Shown here: positions 6,755-12,940 of the stretch, piece by piece | Layout of the letters: each line of letters begins with the position of its first letter | Position numbering within the stretch: position 1 is the first letter of the stretch | Virus record (IMG/VR): IMGVR_UViG_3300032245_001714 | Origin: a virus | Taxonomy: Duplodnaviria > Heunggongvirae > Uroviricota > Caudoviricetes | Direction: 5' to 3' (one strand) | DNA: 21,113 nt | Made by a program: the position numbers and the translations under genes | Notes under the pieces: generated by a model | Seen by the model: the letters and a program-made list of their open reading frames with translations, nothing else | What the model was told of the DNA's origin: nothing | Database searches by the model: none

Positions 6755-7096
6755 TTAAATTTCATCTTCCCATTCTGAGATAGCTTCATCTATAATTTCT
6801 TTAATCTGGTCACCGTCAAGATCAAGACTGCGTATCTCAACACAATTTCCATCCATCTCAAGACAGTAATCATCAACAAGATCTAAGCCATCCACATATG
6901 AAATTGCAGTTGATATCCTTTCCGATAGGTCATCCAATTGATCCTGAGATATTGAAGTTTTCTTTTCCGCAGCTTCGTTTACCTCTTCTAAAAGTCTTAG
7001 CACATCTTCCTTTGAGAACACTGAGGATTCTGAAGAGATGACGGATCCAAAGATCTCTTGGATTTTTCTGTTTAGTTTTTTTTGTTTCTTTGCCAT
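6755..7096 (-). CDS. Hypothetical acidic protein, 113 aa
   Basis: ORF track. Confidence 0.75.
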   Translation of the reverse strand: MAKKQKKLNRKIQEIFGSVISSESSVFSKEDVLRLLEEVNEAAEKKTSISQDQLDDLSERISTAISYVDGLDLVDDYCLEMDGNCVEIRSLDLDGDQIKEIIDEAISEWEDEI

Positions 7097-7147
7097 GGTG
7101 ATTGCAATTTTAGTGTGTGAAATTTTGATTAAAGAATACTATAGGTG

Positions 7148-7360
7148 TTAGTCTTCGGCAGGGGAAAACATTTTACGTCCAGTGTCCATGAACTTGTTGT
7201 ACTCATATTCACCCATCGATTCTTTGAGTTCGGATTTTAGCCTATCAAGCTCTTTTGCCTTTTCTATTGCTTCTATCCATCTGCTGGATTCTGTTAACTC
7301 TTTAACTTCCCAATTGGTATCTAGTACCTTTCTGAAGATTGCTGATTGTTCGTTTGTCAT
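7148..7360 (-). CDS. Hypothetical protein, 70 aa
   Basis: ORF track; promoter upstream. Confidence 0.75.
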   Translation of the reverse strand: MTNEQSAIFRKVLDTNWEVKELTESSRWIEAIEKAKELDRLKSELKESMGEYEYNKFMDTGRKMFSPAED

Positions 7361-7382
7361 AATTATATAGGTTTTGTTGGTG

Positions 7383-7390
7383 CAAAGATA
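7383..7390 (-). promoter_or_regulatory. -7 promoter box TATCTTTG
   Basis: TAnnTTTG. Confidence 0.75.
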
Positions 7391-7392
7391 AG

Positions 7393-7433
7393 AAAAAAAA
7401 TCTGTAATAAAAAATAAATTACAGATTTTTTTT
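7393..7433. terminator. Long hairpin overlapping the promoter upstream element (bidirectional-terminator-like)
   Basis: AAAAAAAATCTGTAAT / ATTACAGATTTTTTTT, loop AAAAAATAA. Confidence 0.7.
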
Positions 7434-7436
7434 AGT

Positions 7437-7736
7437 TTAAAAATGTTCAGCGATTGCGGTTAGGTCTGAAATAATACGATTGAATGCGCTCTGAGGATAA
7501 CTTGACTGATATGAGATATCAATCTTGTAATCCCTCTTAGGGTTCTTTGACGTTATTACCTCCCAGCCTTTTTCGTTGGTCCATTTGTATAGACGGGCGT
7601 AGGATTGGGATTCGTGAGATTCTGACAGAATATAAATTCTGAATTTCTCTTTCTTTTCATTGACAATGATAATGTCCTGAAAACGTCCTCCGTTTGATGA
7701 TGAAGGTTTAATACCCTCGTTTAGAATAACTTTCAT
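7437..7736 (-). CDS. Hypothetical protein, 99 aa
   Basis: ORF track; AAAAACACACATC leader. Confidence 0.75.
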   Translation of the reverse strand: MKVILNEGIKPSSSNGGRFQDIIIVNEKKEKFRIYILSESHESQSYARLYKWTNEKGWEVITSKNPKRDYKIDISYQSSYPQSAFNRIISDLTAIAEHF

Positions 7737-7756
7737 GATGTGTGTTTTTGTTGGAG

Positions 7757-7764
7757 CAAATGTA
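7757..7764 (-). promoter_or_regulatory. -7 promoter box TACATTTG
   Basis: TAnnTTTG with TTTTTTAT 15 nt upstream. Confidence 0.75.
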
Positions 7765-7852
7765 ATTAAACTTCTTCAGATAAAAAAATAAATTTGAGAG
7801 ATTTCAAAAAAATATTTCCAACCTTCTTTTCCCTGATCGAGAATGCAATCGC

Positions 7853-7873
7853 GGAACCGTTGACAACGGTTTC
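7853..7873. repeat. 21-bp palindrome
   Basis: GGAACCGTTG-A-CAACGGTTTC. Confidence 0.9.
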
Positions 7874-7911
7874 TCCTCCTGCTAGCATAGCTGCAATAAG
7901 CTTTGGTTTTA

Positions 7912-7940
7912 CCCACAAAAAAAGCAGACCGAAGTCTGCT
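7912..7940 (-). terminator. Intrinsic terminator + T7-GTGGG
   Basis: AAGCAGAC/GTCTGCTT stem. Confidence 0.85.
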
Positions 7941-7959
7941 TCCAACCCAAAACCCAAAT

Positions 7960-8259
7960 TTAATATTTTGGAGGTGTAAAGAATACTATTGTAACTCCAC
8001 CTTCTCTGAAATCTTTACTTACCATAACTCCATCTAAAAGAGCCTTCTCCTCCGGGCTTATCTTATACCACTTAGCCACATAATCGTATTTGTCTGCATC
8101 AGCAAATCCTATTGGCTCCGTTCGAGCCATAGAACCTGTTGTGTATCCTAAATCTTTTAAACGGGCCTCAGCATTATAGAATGCTTGAAATGTTCCCGCG
8201 GCCGGAAACTCCTCAGTGTGAAGAATCTCTCTGCCTAAATATTGGTCTCCTCTTTTCAT
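7960..8259 (-). CDS. Conserved phage hypothetical protein, 99 aa
   Basis: GYTTGSM...PIG...AKW...LDG...DFREG pattern; start moved to MKRGDQ, 5 nt after the upstream stop. Confidence 0.75.
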   Translation of the reverse strand: MKRGDQYLGREILHTEEFPAAGTFQAFYNAEARLKDLGYTTGSMARTEPIGFADADKYDYVAKWYKISPEEKALLDGVMVSKDFREGGVTIVFFTPPKY

Positions 8260-8264
8260 ATTGT

Positions 8265-8594
8265 TTAGTTTAATTCGAAATTGCAACCTGTTAAAAACTC
8301 GTAATCCATCTCATCCAGTTCTCCAACTAAGATTTGTTCCCATTCCCTGTTGAAGAAAGGTTTATCGTCAACAGTAATTTGTGTCTTTACTTCAACATCA
8401 AGAACTGCTCCTATCAAGCTTTCGTATCCCATACCGGAATCTAGACTTCCGTCTTTTAAAGCCTTCTCTGCTTTTTCTTGAATCTCTTCAATTGAATCTC
8501 CAGTGATAACTACGGTTGGGTAAGCTCCTCTTCCACCTCCCCAAAAATTTCCAAGGACGTTACCTTTTGCTGTGTAAGTGATTTTCTTTTGCAT
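8265..8594 (-). CDS. Hypothetical protein, 109 aa
   Basis: ORF track; AAACACAC leader. Confidence 0.75.
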   Translation of the reverse strand: MQKKITYTAKGNVLGNFWGGGRGAYPTVVITGDSIEEIQEKAEKALKDGSLDSGMGYESLIGAVLDVEVKTQITVDDKPFFNREWEQILVGELDEMDYEFLTGCNFELN

Positions 8595-8615
8595 GTGTGT
8601 TTATTTTTGTTGGGA

Positions 8616-8623
8616 CAAAAGTA
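8616..8623 (-). promoter_or_regulatory. -7 promoter box TACTTTTG
   Basis: TAnnTTTG plus upstream T-tract. Confidence 0.75.
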
Positions 8624-8711
8624 ATAAATAGTTTCTGAATAAAAAAATATTTCAGACAATATTTATCTACTACTGAAAACTACTGGAAACTACTGAAACA
8701 CCAAAAGTGCC

Positions 8712-8732
8712 GGAACCGTTGACAGCAGTTCC
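8712..8732. repeat. 21-bp palindrome
   Basis: GGAACCGTTG-A-CAGCAGTTCC. Confidence 0.85.
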
Positions 8733-8770
8733 GAGACTGTAACAGGGTTTTGGGTTTTTCCAGATTTGAC

Positions 8771-8806
8771 CCCACAAAAAAAGGGACTCTTTTTTAAGAG
8801 TCCCTT
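8771..8806 (-). terminator. Intrinsic terminator + T7-GTGGG
   Basis: AAGGGACTCTT/AAGAGTCCCTT stem. Confidence 0.85.
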
Positions 8807-8824
8807 AACCAAAACAAACACCTA

Positions 8825-9307
8825 TTATGCTACTCTAAAAATCCTGAAAAATTTTCCATTTGGTAAGGTTGGTGTAATTTTGATTTTGTAAGCTTCAAAC
8901 TCTGCTTTGTAAACTGCTTTTACAAAGTACAAATCAGATTTTGGAACTACAAATGATTGACCGGGTTTCATTTGATTAAAGATAAATCTTGCTCTTTCTT
9001 TTGCCTCCGGGTTTTTCTCTTTTCTAGTAGGAATTGGAATTCCACTTTCAAGTTTGAATGTTTCTACAAACTCCGGGTTAGGCTCCTGAACCAAACCAAT
9101 TCTTTTAGTAGATTGTATTTTGGTTCCTCTTTCAGAACTTTTGAACCTACCCTCTAAGCCCAATGCCCATTTTCGGGTTGAAACTGATCCGGATGTGCGA
9201 TTAAGGGTTTTTGCGATTTCGGAAGTTGTTAAACCTTTCTGAAGAGAAAGGATGATGTAGCTGTCTTCCAATTTGCTCCATCTTTTTTTAGGGGTTGTGT
9301 GTACCAT
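8825..9307 (-). CDS. DNA-binding protein with N-terminal Myb/SANT-like HTH
   Basis: KKRWSKLED...SEIAKTLNRTSGSVSTR matches the WxxxED...IAxxLxRTxxxxxxR pattern; C-terminal GIPIP...MKPGQSFVVP domain. Confidence 0.65.
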   Translation of the reverse strand: MVHTTPKKRWSKLEDSYIILSLQKGLTTSEIAKTLNRTSGSVSTRKWALGLEGRFKSSERGTKIQSTKRIGLVQEPNPEFVETFKLESGIPIPTRKEKNPEAKERARFIFNQMKPGQSFVVPKSDLYFVKAVYKAEFEAYKIKITPTLPNGKFFRIFRVA

Positions 9308-9327
9308 ATAGAATGTTTTTTGTTATG

Positions 9328-9335
9328 CAAATATA
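9328..9335 (-). promoter_or_regulatory. -7 promoter box TATATTTG
   Basis: TAnnTTTG. Confidence 0.7.
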
Positions 9336-9390
9336 ATACATCTTTTCCAATTACAGAAATCTTTTTCCTATTTTTTTCGTTAAAGATTTA

Positions 9391-9768
9391 TTAGCTTATA
9401 ACATAAAGTTTAGAACCTAAACTCTGGATTCGGTCGAACTCGAAACCGTCGGCGTTATGACCTTGGTAAACCCAGTTGGGGAAATTCTTAGGATTGTAGT
9501 AAACCCAGGAATCTGGACTCTGGATGCAGTGGAGGGAACCGCGGGTTAGCTCAATTCGGTTGCAGAGAACCCAAGCGCAAACCGTTTTGCTTTGGCCCTG
9601 ATATATTCTCTCTGCTGTTTTGGGATTGTTCTTTAGCTTGCATCCATGCATGGTTAGCTGGATCGCATTTGGGTCTAAGTACTCCACTCTCTTATCTGGA
9701 TACTCGATCTTCCACTTTAGATAATTCTTGCCCCTTCCTAGATTGAACCTAACTTTGATACTTTTCAT
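9391..9768 (-). CDS. Conserved phage hypothetical protein, 125 aa
   Basis: VRFNLGRGKNYLKWKI...TVCAWVLC...YNP motif recalled from large phages; start moved to MKSIKV. Confidence 0.75.
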   Translation of the reverse strand: MKSIKVRFNLGRGKNYLKWKIEYPDKRVEYLDPNAIQLTMHGCKLKNNPKTAERIYQGQSKTVCAWVLCNRIELTRGSLHCIQSPDSWVYYNPKNFPNWVYQGHNADGFEFDRIQSLGSKLYVIS

Positions 9769-9789
9769 GTGTTTGTTTTTTGGTTGGGA

Positions 9790-9797
9790 CAAAGGTA
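9790..9797 (-). promoter_or_regulatory. -7 promoter box TACCTTTG
   Basis: TAnnTTTG. Confidence 0.7.
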
Positions 9798-9845
9798 ATG
9801 AATCTTTTTTAAATCTTTATGATTTTTCTTAAATCTTAACGTGTC

Positions 9846-9885
9846 CGCTCTCGCGGGCGTAGTATCTTACCACCATACTATGTTT
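9846..9885. repeat. 40-bp dispersed repeat, copy 3
   Basis: CGCTCTCGCGGGCGTAGTATCTTACCACCATACTATGTTT. Confidence 0.85.
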
Positions 9886-9895
9886 TGGGATGAAG

Positions 9896-10039
9896 TTATT
9901 TTAAACCTCTTAGCCTTTTAATAAGTGCAGGCTTATCTAAAAATAAACCTAAACTTTTTAATTTTTTTCTAATCTTGTAGAAATTATAATTATTGTATTT
10001 TATGTACGTTTCTATTTTATACGCTATATAATCTTTCAT
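9896..10039 (-). CDS. Small basic hypothetical protein, 47 aa (not in ORF track)
   Basis: My translation MKDYIAYKIETYIKYNNYNFYKIRKKLKSLGLFLDKPALIKRLRGLK. Confidence 0.45.
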   Translation of the reverse strand: MKDYIAYKIETYIKYNNYNFYKIRKKLKSLGLFLDKPALIKRLRGLK

Positions 10040-10060
10040 CCTATTTAAAATCTTTATTCA

Positions 10061-10363
10061 TTAAACATCGCTTGACGTGTAAACGTCAACAACAGGACAA
10101 GAAACGAATCCTGTTCCCACCTCTCTCTTAACCGGTCCTACAATTCCATTCTCCTGTAGGAATTCCAGCACTCCCTCGTTCTCTGAATAGTTCTTGATGA
10201 TAACTTCGTTCTCGGTCAACGGAACCTCGGGAATGTTGACTGTGGCAACCATAACAGGGAATCCATCTTCAGAGTCAATAATTTCTAATGCTTTGCGTCC
10301 GTTACCATACTTTCCCCAGGAAAGGATAACGTCGTATTCGGAGTAAGCTGTTTTTAATTTCAT
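10061..10363 (-). CDS. DUF4313-like phage protein, 100 aa
   Basis: YGNGRKALEI..EDGFP..VATVNIP...EFLQENGI...TGFVSCP; start moved to 10363 (ATGA overlap with the upstream stop). Confidence 0.65.
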   Translation of the reverse strand: MKLKTAYSEYDVILSWGKYGNGRKALEIIDSEDGFPVMVATVNIPEVPLTENEVIIKNYSENEGVLEFLQENGIVGPVKREVGTGFVSCPVVDVYTSSDV

Positions 10364-10833
10364 ATATTCTTGTTTTGTATTTTTTCTGCCCAAACTTCGA
10401 AAAGTCCTTTTGATTTAATTTTAAACGGAACACTGCCGTCATAGGCGGTTAAAGTCTTTACGAGATTTTGAATGGTTGTCTTTCTCTCGTCATCTTCTGA
10501 AGCCCAATTGTCCGTGGGAATCCAATTTAGCATAATGTCCTTCAAATCGTAAGATATCTGACATCCATTCTCCATTAGGATAACAGCTAGGACCTGGTAT
10601 CCTATACTCTTATGATCTCGATAGAATGATTCATCAGGTTCTCCGCACCCCCATTTGTTTAGGATGTTATCCATCTCCCCATCACTCACGAACTTCTTTT
10701 GGTATTTCTCAAAGGCGGTTTTAACCTTGTCACCTTTGTCCTTGAATTGATCAAGTTTTAATTTACTGTAAAATTCTGATTTGAAATCTAGGGGAGTATC
10801 TCCTCCTAAAATATCTGTTGACCACCAGCCCAT
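10360..10833 (-). CDS. Hypothetical protein, DUF4259-like N-terminus
   Basis: MGWWSTDILGGDTPLD resembles the MGAWGxGxFDNDxALD start. Confidence 0.7.
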   Translation of the reverse strand: MGWWSTDILGGDTPLDFKSEFYSKLKLDQFKDKGDKVKTAFEKYQKKFVSDGEMDNILNKWGCGEPDESFYRDHKSIGYQVLAVILMENGCQISYDLKDIMLNWIPTDNWASEDDERKTTIQNLVKTLTAYDGSVPFKIKSKGLFEVWAEKIQNKNI

Positions 10834-10863
10834 AGTTTGTGTGTTTAGATTATAAATTAAGGT

Positions 10864-11004
10864 TTATTCAAAGTTTTTTAAATCTTCATTCATTTTCTTT
10901 ATATCCTCTGCTGCTGATATTGACATTGGATTTTTTTTATTTCCTAAATAAATTAGATACGCTATTGTAATAAAAAAAATTATAATTAATATTATTTGAT
11001 TCAT
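10864..11004 (-). CDS. Small single-TM protein, 46 aa
   Basis: Start moved to MNQIILII, downstream of the -7 box. Confidence 0.65.
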   Translation of the reverse strand: MNQIILIIIFFITIAYLIYLGNKKNPMSISAAEDIKKMNEDLKNFE

Positions 11005-11033
11005 CTTATTTGTTTTTAAAAGCTTCGACATCC

Positions 11034-11041
11034 CAAAGATA
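11034..11041 (-). promoter_or_regulatory. -7 promoter box TATCTTTG
   Basis: TAnnTTTG plus upstream TTTTTTAT. Confidence 0.75.
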
Positions 11042-11082
11042 ATAAATCTATACAAGATAAAAAAATATTTTGGGAACTTTTT

Positions 11083-11415
11083 TTATTTAATTTCTTCGAA
11101 CCCTTCGTCAACAAGAGGGTCGAAACCGAAGATGCTGTATGTTGAATAGTTTTTAGAAACAGTGAACTCAACTTCAAACGTACCATCAGATTGAGGATAT
11201 GCCCATATGATAATTATAGCGTTACCAGAACCCATATAACTATGATGTGATTTTGTAGGGTCTTCAAGAATCTGAAGTCGGAGGGTCTCAAAACATTCTC
11301 TGATCCATCTATTGATTTCTGGATTCGAGATGTCGACACCGTTGGCGAAGCTGTAGAATTCTTTTGGATATTCTACCTCTTTTGAAATATCAAGTATTCT
11401 TCTTCTCTCTTCCAT
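11083..11415 (-). CDS. Hypothetical protein, 110 aa
   Basis: ORF track. Confidence 0.75.
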   Translation of the reverse strand: MEERRRILDISKEVEYPKEFYSFANGVDISNPEINRWIRECFETLRLQILEDPTKSHHSYMGSGNAIIIIWAYPQSDGTFEVEFTVSKNYSTYSIFGFDPLVDEGFEEIK

Positions 11416-11474
11416 GATTACTATATCTTATAATCAGGGAAAAATTTCAGCTGCAGATCAGCTGCATCATCCGC

Positions 11475-11495
11475 GAAACCGTTGGCAGCGGTTCC
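11475..11495. repeat. 21-bp palindrome
   Basis: GAAACCGTTG-G-CAGCGGTTCC. Confidence 0.9.
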
Positions 11496-11535
11496 CTAAG
11501 ATGGCTCTGATATCAGGACGGAGTTGAAGAAAGAC

Positions 11536-11572
11536 CCCACAAAAAAAAAGAAGACCCCGAAAAGTCTTCTTT
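11536..11572 (-). terminator. Intrinsic terminator + T9-GTGGG
   Basis: AAGAAGAC/GTCTTCTT stem. Confidence 0.85.
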
Positions 11573-11594
11573 GATGTTTTTAATGGTTAGCTTT

Positions 11595-11975
11595 TTACCA
11601 CCAAGAACTGTAATAAACCGTATTGCCTTCTTGGATAAGTCTTTTGGCATTTTCAATGAAAGCAAGATCTTCATTTACCTCTTCCTCATCCCCTGAGGAT
11701 TCCCCGAAAAAGAAACCCATAGTTCCGGGTAGCTCATTATCTTTAATGGTTTTTTCCAGATTGTTTAAATCCTCTTCTGTTAACTGAACGTTTACACAGT
11801 TGAAGAATTCATCAGAACCGCCTTTTTTACGATAAAGATCTTCCATCCATCCATGAAGGTTTGGATGCTTACGCCAGTACTGGAATTCTTCATTCTCTAA
11901 TTCTTCGGGAACTTGAAAATCAACTTGTGATTCAGGTTTAAATTTGGTGTGGTTTGCATACATGTCTAAGCCCAT
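11595..11975 (-). CDS. Conserved phage protein (MGLDMY...YWRKH family)
   Basis: MGLDMYA, YWRKHPNLHGWM and the C-terminal YYSSWW are recurrent phage motifs. Confidence 0.8.
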   Translation of the reverse strand: MGLDMYANHTKFKPESQVDFQVPEELENEEFQYWRKHPNLHGWMEDLYRKKGGSDEFFNCVNVQLTEEDLNNLEKTIKDNELPGTMGFFFGESSGDEEEVNEDLAFIENAKRLIQEGNTVYYSSWW

Positions 11976-12006
11976 AGTTGTGTTTTTTTTTTGATTAATA
12001 ATAGTG

Positions 12007-12014
12007 CAAAATTA
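12007..12014 (-). promoter_or_regulatory. -7 promoter box TAATTTTG
   Basis: TAnnTTTG. Confidence 0.65.
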
Positions 12015-12042
12015 AGAATTTATTTCCAGATGTAAAAATTTA

Positions 12043-12231
12043 TTAGGAAATTTTTCCGTTAATGAATATTAGTGATATTCCTCCCACATCTAAGTGGACT
12101 TCATCAAGGTTAACATTGAATACTTCATCACGGTTGGTTATAACAGGGTTTAGTTTCATATCCTCAGACCAAAGTATGAATTTAGATACCGTGAGTTTAG
12201 ATGCTGCTTCTTTTATTTTTTCTGGGGTCAT
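12043..12231 (-). CDS. Hypothetical protein, 62 aa
   Basis: ORF track; starts 2 nt after the upstream stop. Confidence 0.65.
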   Translation of the reverse strand: MTPEKIKEAASKLTVSKFILWSEDMKLNPVITNRDEVFNVNLDEVHLDVGGISLIFINGKIS

Positions 12232-12233
12232 GA

Positions 12234-12389
12234 TTAAAAAGTTATAAGGTCAATAATTAGTTCTCCGGTTACTTTACCGTTATAAGTGATCTCATAGTTT
12301 GGATCCATGCCTGAATCTATGACATCATCAATAAGCTGGTTAATAGTGGGAAATGTTTTGGTGTAATAAGAGCAATTTAATCCGTACAT
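12234..12389 (-). CDS. Small hypothetical protein, 51 aa (not in ORF track)
   Basis: My translation MYGLNCSYYTKTFPTINQLIDDVIDSGMDPNYEITYNGKVTGELIIDLITF. Confidence 0.7.
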   Translation of the reverse strand: MYGLNCSYYTKTFPTINQLIDDVIDSGMDPNYEITYNGKVTGELIIDLITF

Positions 12390-12411
12390 ATGTGGTTTGT
12401 TTTATTGGATG

Positions 12412-12419
12412 CAAAAGTA
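12412..12419 (-). promoter_or_regulatory. -7 promoter box TACTTTTG
   Basis: TAnnTTTG plus upstream TTTTTTAT. Confidence 0.75.
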
Positions 12420-12517
12420 ATCAAAAGAATCAGTATAAAAAAATATCTAACTGATTAATTTCTATAGCCTTATAAATCCAAAGATGTCAAACCGAAAACC
12501 CAACATCTTCCCAGCGC

Positions 12518-12538
12518 GGAACCGTTGACAACAGTTCC
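12518..12538. repeat. 21-bp palindrome
   Basis: GGAACCGTTG-A-CAACAGTTCC. Confidence 0.9.
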
Positions 12539-12558
12539 GTCCGATTCCGATCGGAAAC

Positions 12559-12582
12559 AAAAAAGTCCGTTTTCACGGACTC
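12559..12582 (-). terminator. Intrinsic terminator (no GTGGG)
   Basis: AGTCCG/CGGACT stem plus T6. Confidence 0.7.
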
Positions 12583-12676
12583 TTCTATTATTGCGGATGT
12601 ACTTAATTAATCTAAAGTTACCATTCCTCCAAAGCCTGTAAATGTCATCTTTACACCTTTGATTGATGATGTTCAA

Positions 12677-12836
12677 CCAACGGTTTCCGCTTATCTGAAC
12701 TACAGCTTAGCTATTATTATTCTTGTTGATTCTCTTACATGCGAGGGCCATCCAACGGTTTCAGCTTATCTGAACTACAGCTTAGCTATTATTATTCTTG
12801 TTGATTCTCTTACATGCGAGGGTCATCCAACGGTTT
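12677..12836. repeat. 75-bp tandem duplication with junctions at CCAACGGTTT half-sites
   Basis: Units start at 12677 and 12752 (2 differences); a third CCAACGGTTT is at 12827. Confidence 0.95.
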
Positions 12837-12837
12837 A

Positions 12838-12881
12838 CGCGCACTCTCGCGAGCGTGGTATCTTAGTACTATACTATCTTT
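12838..12881. repeat. 40-bp dispersed repeat, copy 4
   Basis: CGCGCACTCTCGCGAGCGTGGTATCTTAGTACTATACTATCTTT. Confidence 0.75.
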
Positions 12882-12887
12882 ACGGGG

Positions 12888-12918
12888 GCCACAAAAAAGG
12901 TCCCAATTAAGGGACCTT
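12888..12918 (-). terminator. Intrinsic terminator + T6-GTGGC
   Basis: AAGGTCCC/GGGACCTT stem. Confidence 0.8.
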
Positions 12919-12940
12919 CGATATTAGCGATTATTTAAGA

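Noticed and set aside
1898-12538. 21-bp palindromes as CRISPR repeats or canonical integron attC sites
   Set aside because: Spacing is hundreds to thousands of bp and irregular; there are no RYYYAAC/GTTRRRY ends or L boxes, and no integrase in the window.
12659-12910. + strand 83-aa ORF with a 25-aa repeat
   Set aside because: It is simply the translation of the 75-bp DNA duplication, is antisense to all real genes and has no leader.
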